Shown: positions 28,937 to 39,301, numbered from the stretch's first letter. The stretch: 64,000 nt of DNA from a virus (IMGVR_UViG_3300033571_014797:2145-66144); one strand, 5' to 3'. Notes: a model not told the origin generated them from the sequence alone. Translations and numbers: made by a program.

Positions 28937-31413
28937 TATTGTTTTCCAATTCCAGCTAAAGCTTTAAGTAAATCAATTGATTCTCTTTTTTGTTGATCAA
29001 TTGGAGTAGGATCAAAAATTGTTTTTGGACTTATATCAAATGTAGCTTTTGTAGGGGTAGACAAATCGGGTTTTTGTTGACTAATTGGCGTATCTGCAGG
29101 AATACTAACTGCTTGTCTAAGCCTTAAATCTTTAGCTTTTTCTGGGCTCATTTCGCTATCGCTAGGACTAGCTAATTGATCTGACGGTGTCATTAATGCC
29201 AATGGAAGTGCTAGTTTTGGAGCGATAGTTTTAATAGCTTGACCAATTAAACTACCAGGGGAACCTGCTTTAATCTTATCATCTGGACTTACTTTAATTT
29301 CAGGACTTGCACTGGGTGCGTTTGGTCCTTGCATACCTTTAATTTGATCGTAAGGAACTTTTAATTCAGGAGCACTCGAAGTACCCGTAAAAGTTCTAGA
29401 GGGTGGTTCCAATTTAGGTGCAGGTTGAAATCCTTTATCAGGCAATTGAGTAAATTTGCCTGTGTCGGGACTAAAAGAATATCTTGGTTTGTTAATAGAT
29501 ACTTCAGGAGCACTCGAAGTACCCGTAAAAGTTCTAGAGGGTGGTTCCAATTTAGGTGCTGATCTTCTTGGCATAAAATCATCTAGAGAAGCAGCCTGTG
29601 GCATTGTAGGGTTAGCTTCTTCTAACTCAGACTTTTTTTTTACGCCCGATAACCACAACATAGTGTCTAACGCTTCGTTAGTTGTTCTACTTGCAACACG
29701 CTCACTAATACGATCCATAGCTGATTCTGGCGGATCTTTTGTAAATCCAGGATCATCATCTTCTAAATCATCAGTTGAATCCTCAACACTTTCATCAGGT
29801 TGATCAATCATACGAGTTAATGCATCTTTATCTGCTTGGCTTGGTCCAGGACTTCCAGGCAATGGATCTGTATTAACTGGCTCGTTGGAAGGAGTTTGAG
29901 GTTTAAATGCGCCAACCCCCAACTTTTGCTGAAGCCTTTCGACTGCTGATAAAGGAGGAAGCGGATTGCGAGGATCTTGTACAATTACTGGGCCATCTTC
30001 TTCCATTTCATATTCTTCTTCGCCAATGCTATCTACATAATTTTCAAATTCCATTGACTCATCTTTTACTTTACCGTACAAGTCTTTACGCTTACCAAAA
30101 GAACTTACACGAACTTCTTTACCGTATTCTGCGTTGCTAGCAATTTGGCGAAGATCATCTTGATAACGTTTAGCCAATTGTAAAGCTATTTGCATATCTT
30201 CGCGACTTGCTTTGCCATCTTCTATGTCTTGCCCAATTTGACTAGACCAGTTTGCAATATCGCTATCATCCATGCTAATTCTATCAGCAATTGTACCTAA
30301 TACCCGACGCAATAATGCACGACCGTCTGCATACTTACTGCTAGCAATTAATCTATCTTCTGATGGATCATCTTTAAGAACTAGTCTCCATGATGGATCG
30401 CTTAATTTCTGAGCCACAGTGCCCGCTGATTCCTTAAGGTTTTCCATAATATTTCCCTTATATTGTTTGTAAGCCTTAGCGGCACTATTGATCCAATTAT
30501 CTAAATTCTCATTGTAAACTTGTTGTACAAACATAGGTCTAATGTCATCAACATCATCTTGTTCAGCTAAGATTTTACCTAAATCTTCTAAGTTTTCATC
30601 AAATCTGCTATTGTTAGCTAATCTAAACAAACTGCGTTTAATACTTTCTTTAATAGCGTGTGCAGCAACAATTACTTGCCCTGCGTCTTCGCTTTCAAAT
30701 GTCTTGCGACGTGTAGCACTAGCAAAACGACGTAAATTGGCCATTTCGTTTACAGCATTGCTAATAAGTCTGCCATTATTGTCATATGGATTTCCGCCTC
30801 TACCAACATGATTGGCCATTGCCTTAGCAGCCATTACGCTCTTAAAAGGCAGTAAGAATCTTTCTCCTGATTCATTTACTAAGAATATACGATCAACTCG
30901 TAACAATCTATTATTTGGATTCTCATCCATTCTTTCGCTGTGAATAACATGAACTTTTACGTTACCTACATCGCCTTCGCTAACAGTTCCGCGACGTGCC
31001 CAAAGCACACGACTTTCGCCAATTTGGCTTTTTTCTTTATTTTGATTTGACACGAATTGTAAATCCTTATGGCTGAGTACATCCTTAGAGATGTCACGTA
31101 TTTCTAATCCCATCATATGACCTTTAGCAAACTTTCTAATTTCTTGTAAAAATTTATACCAGTTTTGTTTTTCTGCTCTATCCATGTATTCAGTGATATC
31201 TTTAGAAAAATAAACTTTCAAATTTTGATTATCAATTAAACTTGCAGTAATATTACCAAATTTAACTTCATCCTCTTCGTAGTCAAAGTTAAAGAATCTT
31301 CCGTCTTCAGGATTAGATGTGGTATTACCGTCTTGATCACCCATAGTAATGCGAGGGAATCTATTACGTAGTTTAAAAAATAAATCGTTTGCTGCTTGTT
31401 CTATGCCTGACAT
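28936..31413 (-). CDS. Large virion/head-associated protein with low-complexity C-terminus
   Basis: Ordered N-terminal half; internal repeat APKLEPPSRTFTGTSSAPE x2; ends ESIDLLKALAGI; next to terminase. Confidence 0.65.
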   Translation of the reverse strand: MSGIEQAANDLFFKLRNRFPRITMGDQDGNTTSNPEDGRFFNFDYEEDEVKFGNITASLIDNQNLKVYFSKDITEYMDRAEKQNWYKFLQEIRKFAKGHMMGLEIRDISKDVLSHKDLQFVSNQNKEKSQIGESRVLWARRGTVSEGDVGNVKVHVIHSERMDENPNNRLLRVDRIFLVNESGERFLLPFKSVMAAKAMANHVGRGGNPYDNNGRLISNAVNEMANLRRFASATRRKTFESEDAGQVIVAAHAIKESIKRSLFRLANNSRFDENLEDLGKILAEQDDVDDIRPMFVQQVYNENLDNWINSAAKAYKQYKGNIMENLKESAGTVAQKLSDPSWRLVLKDDPSEDRLIASSKYADGRALLRRVLGTIADRISMDDSDIANWSSQIGQDIEDGKASREDMQIALQLAKRYQDDLRQIASNAEYGKEVRVSSFGKRKDLYGKVKDESMEFENYVDSIGEEEYEMEEDGPVIVQDPRNPLPPLSAVERLQQKLGVGAFKPQTPSNEPVNTDPLPGSPGPSQADKDALTRMIDQPDESVEDSTDDLEDDDPGFTKDPPESAMDRISERVASRTTNEALDTMLWLSGVKKKSELEEANPTMPQAASLDDFMPRRSAPKLEPPSRTFTGTSSAPEVSINKPRYSFSPDTGKFTQLPDKGFQPAPKLEPPSRTFTGTSSAPELKVPYDQIKGMQGPNAPSASPEIKVSPDDKIKAGSPGSLIGQAIKTIAPKLALPLALMTPSDQLASPSDSEMSPEKAKDLRLRQAVSIPADTPISQQKPDLSTPTKATFDISPKTIFDPTPIDQQKRESIDLLKALAGIGKQ

Positions 31414-31452
31414 AATGATATTTAGCTGATTTCAGCAAATGATTGATAATAG

Positions 31453-33024
31453 TTAAATGACAATAAATGGCATAGGTTCTATTACATCTTCTAATTCATC
31501 GCGTAAATTTTCGCTTATTTCTTGATCATAATTTCTTAATTGCAATGCCATTCTTATGACTAACAGTGTAGCCATGACTAGATCATCTGTTTCGCCTATT
31601 TTAGCTTTATATGTATTTCCTGAGGCAACAAAGTTTTTTAATTCGCTAATTAAAATCTTACTATTAACTTTCATACGATCGGTTTCGATCCATAATTTTA
31701 TTTTTGCGCAGGCTGAGATTTTAGCTCTATGACTAGTATTAAAACCTTTTCGATACCGTCTATTAGAACTTTTAGTTTGCCCCATTGGTTCGCTTAGAAA
31801 CTGACCTGGTATATGTTCTTCACCAATATCATATATTGCGTTTAGTGCTGCTTCGCCAATGGTATTATTCTCTACGCTATAATAAATCAGTGTGGGATCA
31901 TCTATTTCTTCAACAAGATATTTGCAAATTTCACTCATTATTGCTACTTGTCTTTGAATAATAGTTAAATTGTGCTGCCATTCTGCAACTTGATTCATTG
32001 TTGTTAAATCCCAAACTTGAATAGCAGCAGGATCTCCTCCTGTACCTAAACTAGGATCTAACGCTACTGCATAAGTGTGATTTTTAACTGGTTTTGCATA
32101 CCATCTAACTTGTCCTTGTTTTTCAAAAGGATTAATGCCTTCTAATATTGCTAATTTACTTGGAGCAATAAGTGTTTCATCAAATATAATAAACTTACAT
32201 TCGTGTTCACGTTTAAATCTATCTTCCCCAATACTGCTACGTTCTTGATCAGCCCACTCTTTAGTTCTTTCAGGATGTCGATCCCATGGAAACATGATTG
32301 GAGCAAATCCGTTCTTACCAACTTTAGTTTCATTACCATATTCATCAAATTTATGATTAGCAATTTTCCAAATTTCAGCAAACTGATCTTCATCGCTATT
32401 GGGAGTACTTGTAACAATAGCTTTACCGCCTGTTGATAGTGTTGGGCTAATAGAGGTCCAAAATTCTTTGGCAATAGTAGGTCGAACGAATGCAAACTCG
32501 TCACAATATAATAATGAAATTGCCATACCACGACCAGTAGTTTCTGTAGTTGTTGCACTTACAATACGACTGCCGTTATCAAATTCTATACTACCTTTAT
32601 TATAACTAGTTACACCACAACGAATAAAGTCAGGAACATTTTCATAAGCATAACGAATACGTTGCATAATTTCTTGGGCGCCGGTATATTTGTGAGCTGC
32701 AACAAGAATAGTGCTGTCAGGCACAAACATAGCAAACCAAAGTAAGTAACCAGCAGCACATGTAGTTTTTCCCATTTGCCGTCCCAGCATATTAATGCTA
32801 AAACGATTGCTGTGATAATTGTTTACTAATTCAATTTGATAATCAAATGGTACAAACTTTATTCTTCCACGTAATGGGTGTTGTATATAGAAATAATTTT
32901 CTAAAAAATGCATTGGTCCAAAATCTGGGTCAGCACATTTTTCAAGTTCTAAAACTTCATCGATGGTATAGGGAATTTTTAAAAAAGGTTTTTTAGTTAA
33001 TGTATCAATATTAGGCATTGTCAA
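31453..33024 (-). CDS. terL: Terminase large subunit (T4 gp17-like)
   Basis: GRQMGKTT, LLYCDEFAF, TSTPN, ALDPSLG, ENN, DDLVMA. Confidence 0.93.
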   Translation of the reverse strand: MTMPNIDTLTKKPFLKIPYTIDEVLELEKCADPDFGPMHFLENYFYIQHPLRGRIKFVPFDYQIELVNNYHSNRFSINMLGRQMGKTTCAAGYLLWFAMFVPDSTILVAAHKYTGAQEIMQRIRYAYENVPDFIRCGVTSYNKGSIEFDNGSRIVSATTTETTGRGMAISLLYCDEFAFVRPTIAKEFWTSISPTLSTGGKAIVTSTPNSDEDQFAEIWKIANHKFDEYGNETKVGKNGFAPIMFPWDRHPERTKEWADQERSSIGEDRFKREHECKFIIFDETLIAPSKLAILEGINPFEKQGQVRWYAKPVKNHTYAVALDPSLGTGGDPAAIQVWDLTTMNQVAEWQHNLTIIQRQVAIMSEICKYLVEEIDDPTLIYYSVENNTIGEAALNAIYDIGEEHIPGQFLSEPMGQTKSSNRRYRKGFNTSHRAKISACAKIKLWIETDRMKVNSKILISELKNFVASGNTYKAKIGETDDLVMATLLVIRMALQLRNYDQEISENLRDELEDVIEPMPFIVI

Positions 33025-33027
33025 TAC

Positions 33028-34191
33028 TTATAAAATTTGTTGCTTTGTTAATTGCTGTGAGAAATTTATTTTAATATTACTTATAGCACCGAGTCCTATT
33101 GTTTTCAAACAATTTGGCATAGTATTAGACCATAGTCGCCAATTTTTTAGTTCTTGTGTTCTTATTTCTCGCTCTGCAGGAGAAAAAACATGTCTGTGGT
33201 TAATAGATTCTATTTTAATATTAGCCCATTTTTCTAAATAGTTTATGAATTCTTGTTTAGTTAAATTAATTAATGTCTTATTTCTATGATTTATAATTAA
33301 ATTGATAATTTTACCGACAGGAAAATCTCCTCTAATTCTTTTGCTATCTTTGCTTACACCGTATTGTAGTAACCATTGATCAAAATCATTACTTTGATAT
33401 ATTTCTTTAAAAGTATTATCAAACAGTATAACAAAACCACCATAATAACCGCTGTGGCCAGTGGTATCAAAATAATTTGGATCATCATCATTTTGATACG
33501 ATCTTAATATTGTTTTCCCTAAAATTTCTTCTGCTAAAATAACATCACAATCATGATCAAAACTATGTAAATTTAAATCATCTATGTTTTCAAAATCAAC
33601 CCATTTATTAAAACGATCTGTTGAGGTTTGTAAATGTAAATTATCAACTGTGCCTGGTCTTATAGTTAAAGTTTTTGCTATAGGTTTTTCTTTCTGCACT
33701 GTACACCAATGTTCTAGAAAATGAACTTGATGGTTTAAATTTTGAATTAATTCATAAAATCTTTCTTCAAAAGAAGGATGAAATTTTACTGTTGCTTTAT
33801 CTCTAACATTAAATTTTTTAAATGCCTGCAATGTAGTGAAATATCTATGTATTCGATTACACCAACTATGTTCAAAGTTAAAAGATTCTGGTTCGCTTTG
33901 TATTGGCCAAGCAACTCCATTCTCGTTCAATTCTTGAATAGTATTCAATATACTTTTATATGCAGATTCGATCGTTTGATAATGTTTCTCATCGTTGGCC
34001 TTTTGATTTTGAAACTCAGTTAAATTGATTTGAAATTGATAAACTGGTTCGTTATATAAATTCTTTACATGATTATACCAACGATCAATTACTGTATTTT
34101 TTAAACAATCAATTGTTATCTCGCAATCGATTTCGTTAAAAACTGTAAAATTTATCTTTATTAAATTTTGTTTTTGAACTTGAAATAACAT
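33028..34191 (-). CDS. Hypothetical AT-rich protein
   Basis: CNRIHRYF..LNHQVHFLE..ILGKT pattern shared with 21915-22682. Confidence 0.6.
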   Translation of the reverse strand: MLFQVQKQNLIKINFTVFNEIDCEITIDCLKNTVIDRWYNHVKNLYNEPVYQFQINLTEFQNQKANDEKHYQTIESAYKSILNTIQELNENGVAWPIQSEPESFNFEHSWCNRIHRYFTTLQAFKKFNVRDKATVKFHPSFEERFYELIQNLNHQVHFLEHWCTVQKEKPIAKTLTIRPGTVDNLHLQTSTDRFNKWVDFENIDDLNLHSFDHDCDVILAEEILGKTILRSYQNDDDPNYFDTTGHSGYYGGFVILFDNTFKEIYQSNDFDQWLLQYGVSKDSKRIRGDFPVGKIINLIINHRNKTLINLTKQEFINYLEKWANIKIESINHRHVFSPAEREIRTQELKNWRLWSNTMPNCLKTIGLGAISNIKINFSQQLTKQQIL

Positions 34192-34195
34192 AACA

Positions 34196-34444
34196 TTAGT
34201 TATCTAATATAATTTTGGCATTTATATATCTAGTTTTTTGATAGGAATCAAGATAACTCAGATTTATTGTTTGAATTGGTGCTTCAATGTTGTGTTTCCA
34301 ATGCCAAAGGAATTTATGTATTTTTGGAAATTCTGGAACTAAATCCTCTGTTTGCCATAGAAACTCTTGAATTAAGTTTCTGTGGTCTGGCATATAGTAA
34401 TAAATTTGCAAGGTAGCTATTCGCCAATCACTCCAACGAAGCAT
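34196..34444 (-). CDS. usg: Usg-family protein
   Basis: T..I.Y.MPDH..L.Q.F.WQ..DL.P.FP..H.FL..W...IE pattern. Confidence 0.75.
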   Translation of the reverse strand: MLRWSDWRIATLQIYYYMPDHRNLIQEFLWQTEDLVPEFPKIHKFLWHWKHNIEAPIQTINLSYLDSYQKTRYINAKIILDN

Positions 34445-34520
34445 AAAAATATTTAGTTGACATTTTGAAAAAGCAATATACAATATAAAAGTATAATTTT
34501 TTGTTCGGTAAATAAAAAAG

Positions 34521-35030
34521 ATGTCAGCAACATTAATTCTTAATGCTAACTGGCAACCACTTTCCTGGTTACCCCTTAGCGTCATAGATTGGCAGCAAGC
34601 AATTAAGCTCCAATATATGGATAAAATCAAAGTTATTGAATACTACGATGATTGGGAAGTTCATAGTCAAAAGCTTACCCTTAAGGTACCTGCTTTGGCT
34701 GTTACTAAAGATTATCATGCTTTTAAACGTGGTGTTCGTTTTAGTCGAGCTAACTTATACCTACGTGACTTGTTTCAATGTCAATATTGTGCTGACACAT
34801 TTGATCATCACGAATTAACTATTGATCATGTAATACCACGTGCTAAAGGTGGTCGAACTAATTGGGAAAACTGTGTAAGTGCTTGTGTTCCTTGCAATCA
34901 AAAGAAAAAAGATAATTATCAAAAACCTATTAGGGAAACCTTTAAACCAGATTATTGGCAATTAAGTGCTAGACGAAAGGATCATTGCTATGATGTTCGT
35001 CATCCTAGTTGGAAACCTTATCTAGAATAG
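34521..35030 (+). CDS. HNH endonuclease (McrA-like)
   Basis: RDLFQCQYC..TIDHVIPRAKGG.TNWEN.V.AC..CN..K. Confidence 0.88.
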   Translation: MSATLILNANWQPLSWLPLSVIDWQQAIKLQYMDKIKVIEYYDDWEVHSQKLTLKVPALAVTKDYHAFKRGVRFSRANLYLRDLFQCQYCADTFDHHELTIDHVIPRAKGGRTNWENCVSACVPCNQKKKDNYQKPIRETFKPDYWQLSARRKDHCYDVRHPSWKPYLE

Positions 35031-35031
35031 A

Positions 35032-35394
35032 TTATCGTGGACGGCGAGTTGGAGTGAATTTAGCTATAGGACTAACAGCATTTCCGCCGTCCTCTTCTTT
35101 TTTGCCTTTGCGACTTACAAAAGTTGACTTGTAGCCCATCATACGATTTGCTTTGTCAATAATAGCTTGTTCTTCTTCTGCGTAAGGCGTCAACCAATAA
35201 TTATTAGCTATTGGTCCAAAAGGAGACATTGTTTCATCGTGATCTGGAGCGCGGGCCATAGCAACACCGTGCCTATACATATAGTATGTTCTGTCTGCAT
35301 CGGGTATTGTTTGTGCTGTAGGAAACGGTAAAGGATGATAATTTTCGCCGCTTACGTCTCTTTGCTGTTCAGCAATAAACTCTTTTGCTCTCAT
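35032..35394 (-). CDS. Probable internal head protein (paralog of 36369-36719)
   Basis: MRAKEFIAE N-terminus; Y..YR..A..P..Y..EE..MG.K..E..N..SP. Confidence 0.6.
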   Translation of the reverse strand: MRAKEFIAEQQRDVSGENYHPLPFPTAQTIPDADRTYYMYRHGVAMARAPDHDETMSPFGPIANNYWLTPYAEEEQAIIDKANRMMGYKSTFVSRKGKKEEDGGNAVSPIAKFTPTRRPR

Positions 35395-35398
35395 AAAA

Positions 35399-36175
35399 TT
35401 ATTTACCTAGTCCAAACAACTTTTTTAATTTACTTAAGAAAGTAATTTTTTCAACTTGGCTTGTTTGTACAACTGCTGTAACAGATACAGGTTTAGTTTT
35501 TGGGATATAAGCAATTAGACCAGTTTCGAAATTTCCACGTTTTTCAGTGTACAAAGGTGTTGATCCTTGTGCTGCTGCCATTCTATTGCCCTCATTAGTT
35601 ACGGGAAAAGTTAATACACTAAAGAAATCTTTCATACCCCATTCTGGATGAATTTTAGCACCCATATCTGCTAGTTGTTCTTTATATAAATCCATTTTAT
35701 TAATTTGTAATTCAACATATCCTTCAATTACTACTCCTGGCATTTTAGCAATGCTAACCCAATTGCGTTGGCCGCCTGCTGTTTGACTGCTTCCACTTAT
35801 AATTGGTTTGTCTAATACAAACAGCAAAGTGTAATAAATTGCTTTAGCGACACCTTGATTTCTATATTCAGGTTCAGTAGTAATTCTACTAACATATACG
35901 CTGTTTGGGACCATTCCTCTTGACATAAGATCTGCTGCCCCTACTACTTCATCATTTTCATTTATAACAAAGAAGCTTTGATAGATCCAACTTTTTTCTA
36001 TTAGAGCGTATCTAAATTTAGAATTAGGAATTGGTTTGGCTTTTTGCAAAATTTCTTCATTACTAGTATTGATATAATCCGAATCATTTTTATCTTTATT
36101 AGGATCTTTAAAATCAAGACTCCTAGCTTTACGAGCATCTATAGGGCCAAGATCTTCAATTTCACGAAGTCTCAC
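35399..36175 (-). CDS. GNAT acetyltransferase-domain protein
   Basis: VYVSRITTEPEYRNQGVAKAIY (motif A)...QTAGGQRNW. Confidence 0.7.
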   Translation of the reverse strand: MRLREIEDLGPIDARKARSLDFKDPNKDKNDSDYINTSNEEILQKAKPIPNSKFRYALIEKSWIYQSFFVINENDEVVGAADLMSRGMVPNSVYVSRITTEPEYRNQGVAKAIYYTLLFVLDKPIISGSSQTAGGQRNWVSIAKMPGVVIEGYVELQINKMDLYKEQLADMGAKIHPEWGMKDFFSVLTFPVTNEGNRMAAAQGSTPLYTEKRGNFETGLIAYIPKTKPVSVTAVVQTSQVEKITFLSKLKKLFGLGK

Positions 36176-36372
36176 TTTTTGCGTCCTCTAAATGCTATTG
36201 GCATTTCGCCAGTTAATAATGGTTTACTAAACCAAAGTTTAAACCATTCTTCTGTGCCAGGTTGAATATTCCTCTCACGTTCTATTTGTTTAAAATTAGT
36301 AGCTTGTTTACTAGTTTCTTCGCCATAACTAGTTTTAATACCGGCTAGAGCTTTTAGCTCGGCTATATTCAT
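36172..36372 (-). CDS. Small protein with LKALAGI motif
   Basis: MNIAELKALAGI..NIQPGTEEWFKLWFS. Confidence 0.6.
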   Translation of the reverse strand: MNIAELKALAGIKTSYGEETSKQATNFKQIERERNIQPGTEEWFKLWFSKPLLTGEMPIAFRGRKK

Positions 36373-36719
36373 TTTTGTTTTCCGCTATTTTGTGGAACCG
36401 GGCTTATTTTATTAGTGCTATCATGTTCTTTACTTTTACCTTTAGTAAAGTACATGTGTTTTTTACCCATTTTCTTTAAACTGCGCAACAGCATAGCTTC
36501 TTCTTCAGGTGTATATGCTAATGCAAACGGACTTACATTAAAATGTTTATGTCTAGCAGGAACATCTCTATCGGGGTCTCCTGCAACTACACTCATGAAT
36601 CTATAATATTCATAGTAACCATCCATATCACTTAAAAGCATACTGGGATTTAGAGCACTGATGTGTAAATCGTTTGATTTAGAAACTTTCATTTCACTAA
36701 CAAATTCTTTAGCTCTCAT
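36369..36719 (-). CDS. Probable internal head protein
   Basis: MRAKEFVSE N-terminus. Confidence 0.6.
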   Translation of the reverse strand: MRAKEFVSEMKVSKSNDLHISALNPSMLLSDMDGYYEYYRFMSVVAGDPDRDVPARHKHFNVSPFALAYTPEEEAMLLRSLKKMGKKHMYFTKGKSKEHDSTNKISPVPQNSGKQK

Positions 36720-36720
36720 A

Positions 36721-37596
36721 TTACTTGCCTTTAAGAATTTTACTTACCGGTTTGTTACTCCACATGCGACATGACCAGTAACCTGCTGAGGTTCTATCTT
36801 TTTTACTTGAGCAGTTATGTCTAGCACGAAAATTTTTACGACGAGCAGGATTATCTCTTTTAATACTCATCTTTTTATCACCAAAGTTTACTTTTTTAAT
36901 ATTACCGGTTTTTGGATCACGAACGTAAACTTTATATTTCTTCACATCGCCTGCTGAAGGCTTACCTAGGCTAACTTCTCTTCCTTGATATTTTGCTTCT
37001 TCTACAGATTCAGTTGATTTAATTTTTTTATTAATTTGATCTTTAATTTTTAATTGTGCTGCGGCAGCTTGAATTTCTTCTGGTTTTGCTCTGTAAGGAC
37101 TTACATTTAAATAACCAATTTCTCTAAATGCGTCTGCTAAAATATTTTCCAAACCTTCTGGGTTTTCTAAATAATAAAGATTATAAGCTACTTTAACAAC
37201 ATCGCCATCGTCATGTACTTCATGCCCGATATAGTACCCATCTCCAATACTATCGCGGTCAACATTAATACCGGCTTCTCTAGCACGATGTAATAATGCT
37301 TTAGCTTCAGTAGTCATGGTATACCCGCACTCATCACAGCGCATCTTAGTTTCGCCCAAATTGTACAGAGTGCCCATGCCGCACTCTGTACATATTTCTG
37401 ATTCTATAACTAGATTGGCTTCAACAAGCATCGCCCAAGCAGCTTCATCCATTTCTACAGTATAACTATCTTCTGTATGTTCGACTATTTCGCATTCAAT
37501 ACTTAGACTTTCGTTGATTTGAAAATCAAAATCATCGCCAGTTACGGGAGCAGATAACATGCGCTCTGTGTCTAAAACATACTTGCGAAATTCCAT
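36721..37596 (-). CDS. Phage protein with Zn ribbon and basic C-terminal domain
   Basis: CTECG..CDECG; EAKYQGREV..VNFGD..NFRARHNC..AGYWSC. Confidence 0.65.
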   Translation of the reverse strand: MEFRKYVLDTERMLSAPVTGDDFDFQINESLSIECEIVEHTEDSYTVEMDEAAWAMLVEANLVIESEICTECGMGTLYNLGETKMRCDECGYTMTTEAKALLHRAREAGINVDRDSIGDGYYIGHEVHDDGDVVKVAYNLYYLENPEGLENILADAFREIGYLNVSPYRAKPEEIQAAAAQLKIKDQINKKIKSTESVEEAKYQGREVSLGKPSAGDVKKYKVYVRDPKTGNIKKVNFGDKKMSIKRDNPARRKNFRARHNCSSKKDRTSAGYWSCRMWSNKPVSKILKGK

Positions 37597-37606
37597 TGTA
37601 CAATCC

Positions 37607-38257
37607 TTAGTATGAAGTAGCTGTTTGCATTGGATTATCGCCAGGAGCTACACGTGGTGCAGTCATCTTAGCTCTAGATAAATCGTTGCCAGATGGAATA
37701 GCAGTTTCTGAGTCATAAACTACAGGCTCAGGTGTTGTGCTAGCATCGTATGCGCCATCCATCATTGGTTCATTAGACATATCAGGCGCACTTCTATCTA
37801 AAATTGCAGCTAAACTTGGAACTGGTCCTGTAGATGGCATACCCATTGGGGCAGAAACTGGAGCAGGCTCTGGAGCCATAGAAGGTGCATCAGCACCTTT
37901 TACTGTCTTTGCACCAATCATACCAGCTAGTTTAAGAATTTCAGCAAGCACCGCATCGCTACCACTTAGAGTAATTTGTACGTCTTCGTCAACTTTTTTG
38001 CCAAAATATTTTTCTTGTTTAGCACTCATGCCTTTTTTATCATCATCTTTGTCATCACCGTCGTCTTTTTCTTTAGCGGCTTTTGACATAGGCTCTTCTT
38101 TATTGCCATCTTTGTCTAAATCTAAGAAATCTGGCTTTTTATCTTCAGCTACTGGTTTAGCAGTCATTGCTTCAGCAGCAGCAATTGCACGACCAATTTC
38201 TTCAGGACTGCGATCTGCAATCTCTCTTAGTCTTTGTAATACATCAATCATATGCAT
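37607..38257 (-). CDS. Probable head/scaffold-associated protein
   Basis: KPDFLDLDKDGNKEEPM..A motif; LAEILKLAG. Confidence 0.6.
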   Translation of the reverse strand: MHMIDVLQRLREIADRSPEEIGRAIAAAEAMTAKPVAEDKKPDFLDLDKDGNKEEPMSKAAKEKDDGDDKDDDKKGMSAKQEKYFGKKVDEDVQITLSGSDAVLAEILKLAGMIGAKTVKGADAPSMAPEPAPVSAPMGMPSTGPVPSLAAILDRSAPDMSNEPMMDGAYDASTTPEPVVYDSETAIPSGNDLSRAKMTAPRVAPGDNPMQTATSY

Positions 38258-38269
38258 GGGTTAGTTTCC

Positions 38270-38848
38270 TTATTTTTTCATAGGGTTAGGTATTTTGTTT
38301 TGTTTTGTTCCAATAGGACTTGTTTTGCCCTGTGGCAAATCATTTGTTGTTGAAGCCTTAGAAGTTTTTGTAGCAGAATACTCGTACTGATATTTTCTTG
38401 ATTCTTTATCAGCAATAGCTTGTTCTAAATCTGCTAAAACTTGAGGATATGTACTGTTTGGTAAATCCTTATCTAAAATAGCTTTACCTTCGCCTGCTTC
38501 ACTTGCTATTGGGCTAATAATAACTTCTTGGTTTGGTGTTGTTACCATGGCCATACTTGCAGGAATACCAATTTCGTTAAAAACTGCTGATAATTGCTGC
38601 GGAGTACAAGGATAATTTGTTACGATGTCAATAATATGAATTTCAGGATTTTCTAGATGGTCAAATCCATATGCTTTTTGTGTGATAGGTAAACGCTTTG
38701 GTTCACTTACATCTTCAACACCGTATTTTTCTAATGCATGTTCTAACTTGCTGATTAATCTGTTGTCACAGTCGCAAGCAAGTCTTACTCGAAACATATA
38801 CTGTTTCGCACTTTCAGTAAGAAATTCTGTAAAAGATTTCATTTTCAA
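38270..38848 (-). CDS. Probable head protein
   Basis: MKSFTEFLTES N-terminus resembles the T4 capsid-targeting sequence. Confidence 0.6.
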   Translation of the reverse strand: MKMKSFTEFLTESAKQYMFRVRLACDCDNRLISKLEHALEKYGVEDVSEPKRLPITQKAYGFDHLENPEIHIIDIVTNYPCTPQQLSAVFNEIGIPASMAMVTTPNQEVIISPIASEAGEGKAILDKDLPNSTYPQVLADLEQAIADKESRKYQYEYSATKTSKASTTNDLPQGKTSPIGTKQNKIPNPMKK

Positions 38849-38866
38849 AATACCTCTATAGTATAT

Positions 38867-39301
38867 TTATTGTTGCCTAAAGTTTTTCATCAATTCATTT
38901 CTATCCCAAACTTTAGCTTCAACATCAACTGTATTGTCGTCAGTTTTCTTATCAGCTTGCTGTTTCATTAAACGAATTTTAAGTTCTGTTTCTTTAAGTT
39001 TCTTTTGTGCTTTTCCTAATTTTGCTGTTACCGCATGACCTAACATCTTACTAGCACTATCAAATATTGGCGCACTAAAACGAGGCTCAACATTCATTCC
39101 TAAACTCATTAAATTATCAAAACTTTCCATTGCTTTAGTAGTAAGTTGATCTAATTCGTTATCGGTGATGTTATCGGGTTCAACAGGCAAAGTAGCTTCA
39201 ATATCATTAGCTACAGTTAAAGCATTTTTTATTTCCTCTTTAGAAATATCATTTGATGATACTTCAGGAAGATCAAATAATTCTTCAAGTTTCTTATTCA
39301 T
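38867..39301 (-). CDS. Hypothetical, possible terminase small subunit
   Basis: Helical 144-aa protein in the morphogenesis cluster; context only. Confidence 0.4.
   Translation of the reverse strand: MNKKLEELFDLPEVSSNDISKEEIKNALTVANDIEATLPVEPDNITDNELDQLTTKAMESFDNLMSLGMNVEPRFSAPIFDSASKMLGHAVTAKLGKAQKKLKETELKIRLMKQQADKKTDDNTVDVEAKVWDRNELMKNFRQQ

Noticed and set aside
26787-29803. Multiple antisense ORFs in Pro/Gly-rich genes
   Set aside because: Low-complexity codons lack stops on the opposite strand.
31453-33024. Intron or intein in terminase (also checked helicase, UvsX, UvsW)
   Set aside because: Sizes are normal, motifs are contiguous and no intein signatures were seen.
34445-34630. N-terminal extension of the track ORF 34196-34630
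   Set aside because: Overlaps the divergent HNH gene and its promoter; Usg similarity starts near the ATG at 34444.
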